A DNA stretch of 64,000 nt, from NCBI GenBank assembly GCA_938010385.1, contig CALLVD010000014.1, positions 18,987 through 82,986 on the forward strand, in the 5' to 3' direction. Positions 37,473 to 48,265 of the stretch are shown in pieces; the stretch's first letter is position 1, and the number at the start of each line of letters is the position of its first letter. The translations under genes were made by a program, and so were the position numbers. The notes under the pieces are model-generated. The model was not told where the DNA came from and did no database searches. It saw only the letters and a program-made list of their open reading frames with translations. The DNA is from an uncultured Robiginitomaculum sp. GTDB lineage: Bacteria; Pseudomonadota; Alphaproteobacteria; Caulobacterales; Maricaulaceae.

Positions 37473-39953
37473 TCAGCCACCCGTGCCGGGAACGGTGATA
37501 TAATAACCGCGATAATCCTGCGTTTGGATATTGACCTGACTGTCAGTCTCGCCCGGATAAAGGATGATAGAGGCGGTCCCGTTTGCAAATTCGCGCGTCT
37601 GACTGCCGGTCGGCGTGCCTTGGTTTTTCAAAAACGCTCCGCCGCCGTCAACGGTGAAATATCCCCGATCATTCATAGAGACAACGCGATTGCCGTCCTT
37701 ATCCTGCGCCTCGGCGAAAACGGTCACAGAGCCGTCATCGTTCTTCTCTGTTGTCAAAATAATGTCGACCATTTTGCCGATTTCAGCCGTCGAGTAGGTC
37801 AGGTCATAGCCGTGCTCGGCCACTGATTTACCGTCTGCATCAAAGCCGTCGACGGATAAGGTGTTCTTGCCGTTTTTAAACTCTACATTCCAAGTCAGGC
37901 CCGACGCCGGGTGTTTTGTAATATCGCGTTTTTTCTTGCCCAGCGGTTTTCCGTTCAAAGACAAGGTCGCGCTGTCAGTATTACAGAAAACAGAGATTGT
38001 TTTTGTCTCGCCTTTTGTGCCGGTGCGGTAAGTCCAGTTTGGGCTTTCAATCCAGCAGACCGGGTCTTTTTTCCAATAAGACGCAAAGACGTGGTAGACA
38101 TCTTTTTTAATGCCGTCGCGCTGCACAAGGCCTTTCATGTTCACAAATGGCAGCGGGTTTTCCGGACGGATTGGCGTGCCGAAATCTTTAAAGGCCCATT
38201 GCGCATTACCGGCGAAATCCGGATCGGTTTCAGACACGCGCAAATGCCAGTCAAACAAATCGATCATATAAGTCATGTCCCAGACTTTGGATTTAGCCAC
38301 TGAGATAACGCCGGTTTGGTTGACGGCCTCTTCTACAGTGCCGAGCGTGTCGGGGTCCGCCGTGCCATAAGGCCCGAACGGTTTTTCCAGATAGCGCCCG
38401 ACATGAGAACTGCCGCCATACTCCATATGTAAAAGATAGGGATGCTCATCGCGCGCTTTTTGCATGGCTTCAGCGTACTGCACATAGCCGCCGCCATACC
38501 AGCCGGCCCAGATGGACGGAGAGTAGACGTCAATAATGTCTGCGCCTTCCGGAAATTTTCGAATTGTTGTCAGGCGGCCGGGATCCATGTCCTTGGCAAT
38601 ATCATGCATCATTTGCAGCTCTGCCGCGACCTTCGTTCTGTCGCCGCCGCCTTCATGATCCGGCAGCCAATACATTTCATTGCCCAAGGACCAAAGAAAC
38701 ACAGAGGCGCGATTATAATTTTGTTCAATCATGCGGCGCGTCAGATAATGAACGGTATCGCGCCACTGCGGGTCAGGGCTCATACCGCCGCGATTCCATG
38801 GCACTTCATCATAAAGAATAATGCCGAGCTTATCGGCCGTGTCATAAATGACCGGGTCATGGGAGTAATGGCCGAGACGGACAAAATTTGCGCCCATCTC
38901 TTTAATGGCAGTCAAATCTGCTATGCGCTGCGCGTCCGTCATGGCCGAGCCCTTGCCGGCAAAGCCTTCATGCAGGTGCGTCCCGCGCAAAAGCAAGCGT
39001 TTGCCGTTTAAGAAAAACGGACCATTGGCTTTAAACTCAAACCAACGCAGGCCGAAATTATCTTCGAATGTGTCGACAACATTGCCGTCACCGTCCATCA
39101 TTTCGGTTTTCAGCCGGTAAAGGTTCGGCGTATCCGGATGCCAGAGCGCGGGGTTTTCAATCGTGAACGCCATCGCGTCGCCGCTCGCCACGACCGCGCC
39201 GTCCGGCCCTGTAATCGTTGTGCGATAACCGGCGGGTGTAAATCCGCTCTGACCGTCGACAAAGGCTTCGAGCCTAATCGTGGCGCTTTGCTCTGAAACA
39301 TCAGGGGTTTGAACCCGAACTTGTTTGAGCCTGTTTTCAGGCGCGGAAAAAATAAATACATCGCGGGTCAGGCCGCCATATTGGAAAAAATCCGCTTTTT
39401 GCGAGGGGATCAGATTGAGGTCGATGCCGTTATCCACGCGCACTAAAATCTCATTATTGCCGTCTTTAACCCGGTCGGTAATTTCAATATCAAAGCCGAC
39501 ATAACCGCCAATATGATCACCGGCTTTTTCGCCGTTAACATAAATCTGTGCCTTCATTTGAGCGGCTTCAAAATGCAGGAAATAACGCTTGCCGGCGGCG
39601 GGCGTAATGTTCAGGGTTTTACGATACCAAGAGGCGTCGCGGCGATAGCCGGTAATGACATCTGTTGTGTCATCGGCATTCCATGTATGGGGCAGATCAA
39701 CGGACGTCCAGCCGGGCGCGGCGTTAAGCGCTTTGACGTCAGCGACGCTGTTTTCCAGATAGTGCCAGCCTTTGGAAATGCGCTGCCGGTCCTCAGTAAT
39801 GCGTACCGTGGTATCGGAAATCCCGGCCTCCGAGATATATCCGTTCACATTATGTGTTCGGTTTTCGTTTGCTGAGTCGCAACCGGTAAGCGTTACAACC
39901 GCTGCTGCTGCGGTAATGAAAAGGGCGCGCTTACAAGGGGTAAAGCCTGTCAT
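37473..39953 (-). CDS. GH2 glycoside hydrolase, probable beta-glucuronidase; lipoprotein
   Basis: LPHTWN, GGYVGF, WSLGNE (acid/base), MEYG (nucleophile), NMKG (NxKG); LTGC lipobox. Confidence 0.88.
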   Translation of the reverse strand: MTGFTPCKRALFITAAAAVVTLTGCDSANENRTHNVNGYISEAGISDTTVRITEDRQRISKGWHYLENSVADVKALNAAPGWTSVDLPHTWNADDTTDVITGYRRDASWYRKTLNITPAAGKRYFLHFEAAQMKAQIYVNGEKAGDHIGGYVGFDIEITDRVKDGNNEILVRVDNGIDLNLIPSQKADFFQYGGLTRDVFIFSAPENRLKQVRVQTPDVSEQSATIRLEAFVDGQSGFTPAGYRTTITGPDGAVVASGDAMAFTIENPALWHPDTPNLYRLKTEMMDGDGNVVDTFEDNFGLRWFEFKANGPFFLNGKRLLLRGTHLHEGFAGKGSAMTDAQRIADLTAIKEMGANFVRLGHYSHDPVIYDTADKLGIILYDEVPWNRGGMSPDPQWRDTVHYLTRRMIEQNYNRASVFLWSLGNEMYWLPDHEGGGDRTKVAAELQMMHDIAKDMDPGRLTTIRKFPEGADIIDVYSPSIWAGWYGGGYVQYAEAMQKARDEHPYLLHMEYGGSSHVGRYLEKPFGPYGTADPDTLGTVEEAVNQTGVISVAKSKVWDMTYMIDLFDWHLRVSETDPDFAGNAQWAFKDFGTPIRPENPLPFVNMKGLVQRDGIKKDVYHVFASYWKKDPVCWIESPNWTYRTGTKGETKTISVFCNTDSATLSLNGKPLGKKKRDITKHPASGLTWNVEFKNGKNTLSVDGFDADGKSVAEHGYDLTYSTAEIGKMVDIILTTEKNDDGSVTVFAEAQDKDGNRVVSMNDRGYFTVDGGGAFLKNQGTPTGSQTREFANGTASIILYPGETDSQVNIQTQDYRGYYITVPGTGG

Positions 39954-40051
39954 ATCCAATTCCCGATTTTATATTTTTTACAGAGTTTTTACCACCAAAG
40001 GCCCGAACCGGAAGTACCGGCCGGGCCTGAAAGCTTGGATGTTTTGCGATT

Positions 40052-41260
40052 TTACCAGTTAAACATAGCGCCGTCTTCGAGCCGGTTAATCGGCAGATAA
40101 GCCCGCTTATAAGGATATTTCGCCGCCAGCTCTTCGTCGATATCGACGCCGTGCCCCGGTGTTTCGCCGGGATAGAGATAGCCGTCTTTAAATGAGTAGC
40201 TGTGCGGGAATACCGCGTCCGTTTTTTCCGTATGGCGCATATATTCCTGCGCGCCGAAATTATAAATAGCCGTATCAAGGTGCACGGCTGCGCCAAGGCA
40301 AACCGGCGATAAATCAGTCGCCCCATGAGAGCCGGAGCGCACATGGTGCATGGCCGCAAATTCAAAGATTTTCTTCAAATGCGAAATTCCGCCGGCGTGC
40401 ACAACAGTCGAACGGACGAAGTCAATTAAGCCCTCTTCAATCAAAAGCTTGCAATCCCATACGGAATTGAAAATCTCGCCGACGGCCAAAGGCGTTGTTG
40501 TATGTTGGCGTATCATCCGAAACGCTTCCTGGTTTTCAGCCGGCACCGTGTCTTCGAGCCAGAACAGAGAATAATCTTCCAGAGATTTACCGACTTTCGC
40601 CGCTTCAATCGGGGTTAACCGGTGATGCGCGTCATGGAGTAGGTGAAAATCGAAACCGAATTTATCGCGCAGCGTGTCAAACAGCTTCGGGATATGGTTG
40701 ATATATTTGGACGTACTCCAGATATTTTCTGTCGGCAAATTGCCGTCGGCCGGCTCGTAATACATTTTGTCTTTGGACACGCCGTAAGTCGACGACAGGC
40801 CCGGAATACCGGTTTGGGCACGAATGGCTTTATAGCCCATATCGAGATATTTTGCGACTTCGTCCGTTGTTTCCGCAATATCGGCGCCATTGGCGTGGCC
40901 GTAAACCATAACGCCGTCGCGGGATTTTCCGCCCAGAAGTTGATAGAGCGGCATGTTCGCCGCCTTGGCTTTAATATCCCAAAGCGCGGTATCAATCGCA
41001 GCAATCGCCGTCATTGTCACTGCGCCCCGGCGCCAATAACAACCGCGATATAAATATTGCCAAATATCTTCAATCCGGCCGGCGTCTTTACCGATCAGGG
41101 TTGGGGCAATGTGGTCATCAATATAAGAGACAACGGCGAGTTCACGTCCGTTCAGCGTACCGTCACCAATGCCGTAAATACCCTCATCTGTCTCAATTTT
41201 GACGGTAACAAAGTTACGGTCAGGGCATGTGACGATTGTTTTGATATTGGTAATTTTCAT
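40052..41260 (-). CDS. manD: D-mannonate dehydratase (enolase superfamily, RspA/ManD)
   Basis: [27 protein letters not shown] and HGATDLSP motifs. Confidence 0.95.
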   Translation of the reverse strand: MKITNIKTIVTCPDRNFVTVKIETDEGIYGIGDGTLNGRELAVVSYIDDHIAPTLIGKDAGRIEDIWQYLYRGCYWRRGAVTMTAIAAIDTALWDIKAKAANMPLYQLLGGKSRDGVMVYGHANGADIAETTDEVAKYLDMGYKAIRAQTGIPGLSSTYGVSKDKMYYEPADGNLPTENIWSTSKYINHIPKLFDTLRDKFGFDFHLLHDAHHRLTPIEAAKVGKSLEDYSLFWLEDTVPAENQEAFRMIRQHTTTPLAVGEIFNSVWDCKLLIEEGLIDFVRSTVVHAGGISHLKKIFEFAAMHHVRSGSHGATDLSPVCLGAAVHLDTAIYNFGAQEYMRHTEKTDAVFPHSYSFKDGYLYPGETPGHGVDIDEELAAKYPYKRAYLPINRLEDGAMFNW

Positions 41261-41334
41261 AATATGTGTCGCTCAATATAGTGATGGCAGAGGTGACGCG
41301 CGGGACATTTCGCCCCGCGCGCAATAATTCAGCC

Positions 41335-42375
41335 TTAGCGCTGAACGCGGCCGGAGCCGTCGCCGCCCATCAGGGCTTCGACTTCTTTGCGGTTTACGCG
41401 GTTAAAGTCGCCAAGGATAGAATGCTTAAGCGCGGAACCGGCCACAGCAAATTCCAGGCTTTGCTGACGATCTTCATAAAGATTGTAGCCCGCAATAAAG
41501 GCAGACGCGAAACTGTCACCGCCGCCGACGCGGTCAACGATGTCTGTCAGTTCATACTTCTTGGAGGACAAAAAGCCGTTCTTGCGGTCGCGCATACAGG
41601 CTGACCAGCCGTTAATATTGGCATTAACAGCGGCGCGCAGCGTAATGGCGATTGTCGACATGCCCGGATAAATATCGAGCACTTTTTGTGACAGCTCTTC
41701 ATATTTGGACAGGTCCAAATGGCCGGAGCCGCTTTCAACATCAACGTCAACGGAAATGCCCAAAGACTTTTGACAGTCTTCTTCATTGGCGATGCCGACA
41801 TCGATATGCTTGACCAAATCTTTCATGACTTCCGGCGCGGTCTTGCCGTATTTCCACAGCTTACCGCGGAAGTTAAAATCGCAAGACGTTGTGACGCCGG
41901 CCTTCTGAGCTTCTTTCACGCACTCCAGGGACAAGTCAGCGGAGTCTTGGGACAGGGCCGGCGTAATACCCGTGATATGCAGCCATTTTGCACCCTTAAA
42001 GATGGTCGGCCAATCAAAATCACCGACTTTCGCTTCGCAGATAGAAGACGCGGCGCGGTCATAGATGACTTTGGACGGGCGCTGGTTGGCACCCGTTTCA
42101 AGATAATAAATTCCGACGCGGTCGCCTTGGCGCTTGACGTGCTGTGTATCAACGCCGAGCGCGCGCAGGGAATTAATAGCGTTTTGGCCGATATCATTAT
42201 CGGGCAGGGCGGAAATAAAGCCCGCATCAAAACCGTAATTGGACAATGATACCGCAACATTGGCTTCGCCGCCGCCAAAAGTGGCTTCGAAGCTTGGGCT
42301 TTGGAAAAACCGCTCGTAGCCGTTTGTACGCAGGCGAAGCATAATTTCGCCAAAGGATAAGAATTTTTCAGACAT
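41335..42375 (-). CDS. kdgK: 2-keto-3-deoxygluconate kinase (PfkB)
   Basis: [25 protein letters not shown] and DRVGGGDSF motifs. Confidence 0.92.
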   Translation of the reverse strand: MSEKFLSFGEIMLRLRTNGYERFFQSPSFEATFGGGEANVAVSLSNYGFDAGFISALPDNDIGQNAINSLRALGVDTQHVKRQGDRVGIYYLETGANQRPSKVIYDRAASSICEAKVGDFDWPTIFKGAKWLHITGITPALSQDSADLSLECVKEAQKAGVTTSCDFNFRGKLWKYGKTAPEVMKDLVKHIDVGIANEEDCQKSLGISVDVDVESGSGHLDLSKYEELSQKVLDIYPGMSTIAITLRAAVNANINGWSACMRDRKNGFLSSKKYELTDIVDRVGGGDSFASAFIAGYNLYEDRQQSLEFAVAGSALKHSILGDFNRVNRKEVEALMGGDGSGRVQR

Positions 42376-42444
42376 AGTGTCTCCTGAGTTTTAGTCTGCG
42401 CCGCCTCTGCGGGCGGTCGCGTTAAGATGTGCTGATAATCAGCG

Positions 42445-43914
42445 TTAAGAATTCTTACCGGCTGCGATAATCGCTGCGTGGGTCCCTAGTTCAGCAATCT
42501 TTAAACAGGCGTCCATGACAGCGGCTCGAACGCGGGGGTTATGCCCTATTTTTGCGGGAATTACTTGCGATAAATTCAAAAAATCCCCGGCATATCGGTC
42601 TGCCGGTAAGGCCGGGTCCGGTAAATCGCTCTCCATTGCGGTCAAGAACGCATCTGTTGGCGGGTTGCCGACGGTGCGGCGCTGCTGATTAAACGCAATC
42701 CATGCGGCGAGCACAAAACAGGCGTGCGGGGCGATGTGATCGTTTTTCAGGTGATACTCAATCACCGGCAAAATTCGCGCCGGGATTTTCTGGCTGCCAT
42801 CATGGGAGATTTGCTCCAGAAGGTGGCGGATATTCGGGTTTTCAAACCGCGCCCTGATTTGGCTCCAATATTTCGGCAAATCCATGCCGTCGGTATCTGT
42901 CAGGGTCGGCAGGGTTTCGCGCTCGATAAGTGCGGAGACAAAGCCGCGCAGGTCATCATTGTTGATGGCGTCCAGCACAGTGTCTTTGCCCGTTAACAAA
43001 CCTAAATATGTCAGCGTAGAGTGTGCCCCGTTGAGCACGCGCAGCTTGGCCATCTCATAGATATGGACGTCCGGCGTAATCGTCGCCCCTGCGGCGGCCC
43101 AATCCGGGCGCTCATCAGGCAAATTGTCTTCAATGACCCATTGCGCAAACGCTTCGCGCTGCACAGGCGCTTTATCGGTCAGGCCGATAGCGGCCTCAAC
43201 ATCAGCCAAAACGCCGTCATCCGTGGCCGGCGTAATGCTGTCCACCATGGTATTGGGAAAGCGCACATCATTTCTGATATGAGAGGCCAAATTGACGTCC
43301 ACGCCTTTGGCAAATTGAATGCAGACTGTGCGCAGCTTGTCACCGTTTGCGGGGAGATTATCGCAGCTGATAATCGTTAAAGGCGGCGTGCCGGCCTCTT
43401 TACGCAGGGCGCAGGCTTTGACCAGATAGCCGATAGCGGAGGCGGGGCTATCCGGGGTTTTCAAATCGGCAGCAATGCGCGCATTGCTCTTATCCAAATC
43501 CCCGCCGGACGTCAGCGCGTAGCCTTTTTCCGTAATCGTCAATGTCACAAATTTTGTCTGCGGCGCGGTCAGTTGCGCAAGCGCAGCGGCCGGGTCGTCT
43601 TTGGCGCAGAGCGCTTTTTTCATCGAACCGATGATACGATGGCTTGCCGACACATCTTTGATGGCCAGCGTGTAAAGCCCGTCCTGCGCGCTCAGGTCCT
43701 CGGCTGTTGCGCGGCTGTTTAAGGATATACCGCAAATACCCCAATCCCCGCCGGAGATTTCCATGGCGCGGTCGGTAAAAACCGCCTGATGGGCGCGGTG
43801 AAAAGCGCCCGGCCCGATATGGACAATGCCGATGCCGGCTTTTGCGCGCTCATAGCCCGGCGTCTGAGCCCCGGCGTTTACATCGCCAAGCGTTCTGTCG
43901 GATAGGCGGCTCAT
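42445..43914 (-). CDS. uxuB: D-mannonate oxidoreductase (mannitol dehydrogenase family)
   Basis: HIGPGAFHRAHQ, TITEKGY, SCDN, MVDSITP and KLRVLNGAH; coupled to uxaC. Confidence 0.88.
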   Translation of the reverse strand: MSRLSDRTLGDVNAGAQTPGYERAKAGIGIVHIGPGAFHRAHQAVFTDRAMEISGGDWGICGISLNSRATAEDLSAQDGLYTLAIKDVSASHRIIGSMKKALCAKDDPAAALAQLTAPQTKFVTLTITEKGYALTSGGDLDKSNARIAADLKTPDSPASAIGYLVKACALRKEAGTPPLTIISCDNLPANGDKLRTVCIQFAKGVDVNLASHIRNDVRFPNTMVDSITPATDDGVLADVEAAIGLTDKAPVQREAFAQWVIEDNLPDERPDWAAAGATITPDVHIYEMAKLRVLNGAHSTLTYLGLLTGKDTVLDAINNDDLRGFVSALIERETLPTLTDTDGMDLPKYWSQIRARFENPNIRHLLEQISHDGSQKIPARILPVIEYHLKNDHIAPHACFVLAAWIAFNQQRRTVGNPPTDAFLTAMESDLPDPALPADRYAGDFLNLSQVIPAKIGHNPRVRAAVMDACLKIAELGTHAAIIAAGKNS

Positions 43915-45350
43915 GCGGTTTTAGCCTCAAGATCCAGGCTGTAAGCCTCATTAGCCAGATTATAGGTCAGGTCGATAATAATCGTTTCTGCCTCAGCCAT
44001 GCTGATTTTATGTTCTGTCACCAGTAAAGACAGGAAATGACAATCCATGCGGCGGGCCACGTCATGGCGGGCCGGAATTGACAGGAAGGCGCGGGTGTCG
44101 TCGTTAAAGCCGGCCGTATTATAAAAACCTGCTGTCTCTGTGACTTGGTCACGGAAGCGCAGCATGGCTTGCGGGCTGTCATGGAACCACCAAGGCGGCC
44201 CCAGCTTAAGGCACGGATAATGCCCGGCCAGCGGGGCCAGCTCGCGTGCATAATTTGACTCGTCCAGCGTGAACAAAATGACCTTTAATTTCGGGTCATT
44301 GCCGTATTTGGACAGGAGCGGTTGCAGCGATTGGGTGTAGTTGACCCGCATCGGAATATCCGCGCCCTTGTCCGCGCCATATTTTGCAAACAGCGGGTCA
44401 TTATGATTACGATAGCTGCCGGGATGAATTTGCAAAGTCATGCCGTCTTCAATGGACATGCCCGCCATTTCTGTCAGCATTTGCGCGCGAAATAAATCCG
44501 TCTCATCCGGCGCCGCTTTGCCTGAGAGGCACAGGTCCAAAAGTTTTTGACACGCGCCTTTATCAAGGTCAGCGGTTCGCGCTGTCGGATGGCCGTGGTC
44601 GGACGCTGTTGCCCGGCCTGTTTTACGGAAAAACTCGCGGCGGGCGCGCATGGCGTTCAGGTAGCCGTCCCAATCGCTCGTATTAAAACCGGTCAGCCCG
44701 CCGAGCTTTTCCAAATTGCCTGCAAACTCCGGCTTATCAGCGTCGATGCAATCATCGGGACGGAACGTTGTAATGACCCGCTTGGCGTAGGTCGTGCCAT
44801 CGAGTGCCGCGTGATGACGAAGATCGTTCAGCGCGCCTTCTGTAGTGGCAATCAGATCAATGTTGAACCTGTCCAGCAAGGCGCGCGGCTTAAACCCGTC
44901 TGATTTAATTTGCCCGTCAATCAGGTCGTAAATATTGTCAGCAGTGTCGGGGCCGAAGGCTTGCGTCGCGCCAAAGACGTCGTAGAACACGTGATCCATC
45001 CACATCTTGGTCGGCGTGCCTGCAAACAGATAGTAATATTTTGCAAAAGTCGCCCAGATTTTGCGCGGGTCTTTTTCTGCCGGCGTGCCGTCTTTGGCGC
45101 GAACGCCCAGATCGGAGAGCGATACGCCTTGGCTGTAAAGCATGCGCAGCAGATAATGGTCGGGAACAATCAGAAGCTCTGCCGGATTGGAAAAGTTTTT
45201 ATTGTCCGCAAACCAAGCCGGATCAGTGTGACCGTGCGGGCTGATAATCGGAAAGTCCGCCACGCGGGCATAGAGCGCGCGGGCAATATCGCGGGCAGCG
45301 GGCAGGGCCGGAAACAGCCGGTCGGCATGCAGTAAAGAGTCTTTTGTCAT
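43911..45350 (-). CDS. uxaC: Uronate isomerase
   Basis: SPHGHTD, PDHY, WWFHDS, GFNDDTRAF and ARHDVARR motifs. Confidence 0.97.
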   Translation of the reverse strand: MTKDSLLHADRLFPALPAARDIARALYARVADFPIISPHGHTDPAWFADNKNFSNPAELLIVPDHYLLRMLYSQGVSLSDLGVRAKDGTPAEKDPRKIWATFAKYYYLFAGTPTKMWMDHVFYDVFGATQAFGPDTADNIYDLIDGQIKSDGFKPRALLDRFNIDLIATTEGALNDLRHHAALDGTTYAKRVITTFRPDDCIDADKPEFAGNLEKLGGLTGFNTSDWDGYLNAMRARREFFRKTGRATASDHGHPTARTADLDKGACQKLLDLCLSGKAAPDETDLFRAQMLTEMAGMSIEDGMTLQIHPGSYRNHNDPLFAKYGADKGADIPMRVNYTQSLQPLLSKYGNDPKLKVILFTLDESNYARELAPLAGHYPCLKLGPPWWFHDSPQAMLRFRDQVTETAGFYNTAGFNDDTRAFLSIPARHDVARRMDCHFLSLLVTEHKISMAEAETIIIDLTYNLANEAYSLDLEAKTA

Positions 45351-45400
45351 GGCAGTTTATATCTAAAATTCAATCAAGTGACTATGTCGAAAAAGCTATA

Positions 45401-45447
45401 ATTGGTCAATCCAATAAAGGGCAAAACGCTTAATTGGTCAGGATTAT
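45401..45447. promoter_or_regulatory. Putative operators between uxaC and the regulator
   Basis: ATTGGTCAATCCAAT (45401-45415) and a weaker ATTGGTCAGGATTAT (45433-45447). Confidence 0.7.
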
Positions 45448-45509
45448 TTACACGGCGAGACATAAGGTCTATCAAAAATATATAATAATTAAAGATTCAG
45501 GGAGTGAGA

Positions 45510-46259
45510 ATGGGCAAACAGCGATTGTATAAACACGTGGCCGATAAGTTGCTTAAGACAATCGAGTCGGGCCGCTACCCCATCGGTTCACGCCTGCCTG
45601 CAGAGCGGGAATTAGCGCTTGAATATAACGTGTCCCGCCCGACCGTTCGCGAAGCCATGATTGCCCTTGAGATTGCCGGCAGGGTTGAAGTGCGCAAGGG
45701 CTCCGGCGTTTACGTCATTGATGATAAAAACGGCGACGGCAAAACCTTGGAACTGGACATCGGTCCTTTCGAATTGACTCAGGCCCGCATACTTATCGAG
45801 AGCGAAGCCGCCGGGCTTGCAGCGACCATGATCTCTGCCGAGGAGTTGGAAAAACTTGAGGCCATTATTAAAGCGATGATAGCAGAGAATGAAGGCGAGA
45901 AGACCGGCGAACTGGCCGATAAAGAGTTTCATTTGCTGATTGCCGCGGCAACGCGCAATTCTGCAATCGCATCTATCGTCGAAGACTTATGGAATTTGCG
46001 CGAAAGCTCGGCTTTGACGCGCACAATGTATGACACAGTGCGCCTGACCGGTATTCGTCCGGCGATTAATGAGCATTGGGAAATTTTTAACGCGCTGAAG
46101 GACGGGAATTCTGAAAAGGCGCGTCAAGCCATGCGCGACCACCTCTCCCGAGTGATTGAAACTATGTTGATTGCGACAGAGATTGAAGCCGTGCAGGAAG
46201 CCAAAAGGCAAGTGTCGCAAAATCACGGCCGGTTCATGGACGCGCTGAAAAAGATTTAG
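45510..46259 (+). CDS. GntR/FadR family regulator (ExuR/UxuR-like)
   Basis: RLPAERELA, VSRPTVREA, GSGVYV and an FCD domain; divergent from uxaC. Confidence 0.93.
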   Translation: MGKQRLYKHVADKLLKTIESGRYPIGSRLPAERELALEYNVSRPTVREAMIALEIAGRVEVRKGSGVYVIDDKNGDGKTLELDIGPFELTQARILIESEAAGLAATMISAEELEKLEAIIKAMIAENEGEKTGELADKEFHLLIAAATRNSAIASIVEDLWNLRESSALTRTMYDTVRLTGIRPAINEHWEIFNALKDGNSEKARQAMRDHLSRVIETMLIATEIEAVQEAKRQVSQNHGRFMDALKKI

Positions 46260-46283
46260 CCGCCTTTGAATTTAATCAAATAC

Positions 46284-46322
46284 AAAGCCCGCCCTTGCGT
46301 TTATGCAAAGGCGGGCTTTTTT
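46284..46322. terminator. Terminator between the convergent regulator and dctM
   Basis: AAAGCCCGCC...GGCGGGCTTTTTT stem-loop. Confidence 0.8.
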
Positions 46323-46344
46323 ATTTTTTTGAGCTGTCTTGTGC

Positions 46345-47643
46345 TCAGTTAATTAAGCCTGTTGCACGCGGCAGACCTTCGGACAGAAGCGGAATAAACG
46401 TGACAAGCATCAGGGCTGCTATCAATGCGGCGTAGAGCATAATCAGCGGCCGCACTAATTTTTGAATACTCGTCCCGGCCACGGCGCAGCCGACAAACAG
46501 CACGCTCCCGACCGGCGGCGTACACAGTCCGATGGACAGATTCAGTACCAGCATAATCCCGAAGTGAAGCGGCGTCATACCCATTTCCATCGCCACCGGC
46601 AGGAAGATTGGCGTGAAGATCAAAATCGCCGGCGTGATGTCCAGAAACGCCCCGACGACCAGTAAGATGACGTTGATGAGCAGCAGGATAATAATCGGAT
46701 TATCACTGATGGTCAGAAGTGCATTGGAAATGGCTTGCGGGATATTCTCATACGACAAGACCCACGCCATACCTGTTGACACGCCGATGAGCAAAAGCAC
46801 CATGGCGGTTGTTTCGACCGATTTCAGAAGCACGCTCGGCATGTCCCCGATTTTAATTTCGCCGTAAATCATGGACAGGACGAGAGCGTAAATCACGGCA
46901 ATCGCGCTGGCCTCAGTCGCGGTAAATATACCTGCGATGATGCCGCCGACAACAATTAAAACCATCAGGATAGACGGCATGGCATCGAGCATTTTCTTCA
47001 TTGCGACGCGCATCGGAATACGCGGCGAGCGGGGATAACGCTTTTTGTGAGAGTAAAACGCCGCCACAATCATCAGCAAAATGCCCGCCAATATACCCGG
47101 CACATAACCGGCCATAAACAGTGCCGCAATCGATACGGAGCCTGCGGCTACGGCGTAAACAATCAGCACATTTGACGGCGGAATGAGCAGGCCCAGAATA
47201 GAGCCTGTCACGGTTACAGCCGTGGAAAAGTCTTTGTCATAGCCTTCCTCTTCCATCTTCGGAATCATGAAGGTGCCGATAGCGGAGGTTGCAGCCACCG
47301 CGGAGCCTGAAATGGCGCCAAACAGCATGCAAGACAGCGTGTTGACCAAGGCCAGCCCGCCGGGAAGCGTGCCGACAACGGCTTTTGCGGCTTCAATCAG
47401 CCGCTTGGCGATGCCGCCGCGCCCCATTAAATAGCCCGATATGACAAAAAACGGGATGGCCAGAAGGGTAAAACTGTCCAGCCCGCCCGCCAGCCTTTGC
47501 GCCATTGTGGTCGCGGCCGGGGTCAGATCCATAGACATCATAAGCGTTGAAAGCGAGGCCAGCGCAATGCTGACAGCAATCGGGACGCCCAGCATAACGA
47601 GGATGAAAAATACAGCCAAAAGTATAAGAGCAGAGGTCAGCAT
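46345..47643 (-). CDS. dctM: TRAP transporter large permease
   Basis: LLAIPFF, GAISGSA, IPPS, FTATEA and TPPVG motifs. Confidence 0.95.
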   Translation of the reverse strand: MLTSALILLAVFFILVMLGVPIAVSIALASLSTLMMSMDLTPAATTMAQRLAGGLDSFTLLAIPFFVISGYLMGRGGIAKRLIEAAKAVVGTLPGGLALVNTLSCMLFGAISGSAVAATSAIGTFMIPKMEEEGYDKDFSTAVTVTGSILGLLIPPSNVLIVYAVAAGSVSIAALFMAGYVPGILAGILLMIVAAFYSHKKRYPRSPRIPMRVAMKKMLDAMPSILMVLIVVGGIIAGIFTATEASAIAVIYALVLSMIYGEIKIGDMPSVLLKSVETTAMVLLLIGVSTGMAWVLSYENIPQAISNALLTISDNPIIILLLINVILLVVGAFLDITPAILIFTPIFLPVAMEMGMTPLHFGIMLVLNLSIGLCTPPVGSVLFVGCAVAGTSIQKLVRPLIMLYAALIAALMLVTFIPLLSEGLPRATGLIN

Positions 47644-47644
47644 A

Positions 47645-48265
47645 TTACTTCTCCTTCGTGATAGGGTGTGTCAGGAAATCTTCGTCAGGGACGTCAAAGC
47701 TCGGCTCGCCTTCCAGCTCGCCGCCCAGTTCACTCGGACGATGGATTTTGCCGTGGCGGATTATGCCGCGCATGAAGTAAAACGCGTAAATCAGCATCAA
47801 CACGCCGCTGATGGGGATGATTGAATAGACATAAGCCATCTTCACGCCCATCGCGGCAGAGGTTTGATCCAGCTGCCAAGTCAGCTGCACCAGCTGCCAA
47901 CCGCCGTAAATCAGGATCAAAACGGCGAAAACTGCACAGGCAATCAGCGAAAACATCTCGGCCAAAAGGCGCTTTTTGCCTTTAAGCGGACTGACCAAAA
48001 TATCAATGCCCACATGCATGCGGTTTCGGAATGTGTAGACCGAGCCCAGCAGACCGAGCCAGATCAGGCCGAAACGGGCGATCTCTTCGGTCAAAGAGCT
48101 TGGCGCTTTTAAAACGTAGCGGGAGACGACCTGCCAAGTCACAACCAAAATCATGAATGTGGCCAGTGCAATTAAGGCCCAGCGCAAAACGTGATCGAGG
48201 CCTTTAATCATGGGCCTCATATATTGGCGCCGTTCGGGCGCGTCGGGGTAAACGTAATCGTTCAT
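47645..48265 (-). CDS. dctQ: TRAP transporter small permease
   Basis: QVVSRY, EEIARF and HVGID; 4 TM helices. Confidence 0.93.
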   Translation of the reverse strand: MNDYVYPDAPERRQYMRPMIKGLDHVLRWALIALATFMILVVTWQVVSRYVLKAPSSLTEEIARFGLIWLGLLGSVYTFRNRMHVGIDILVSPLKGKKRLLAEMFSLIACAVFAVLILIYGGWQLVQLTWQLDQTSAAMGVKMAYVYSIIPISGVLMLIYAFYFMRGIIRHGKIHRPSELGGELEGEPSFDVPDEDFLTHPITKEK

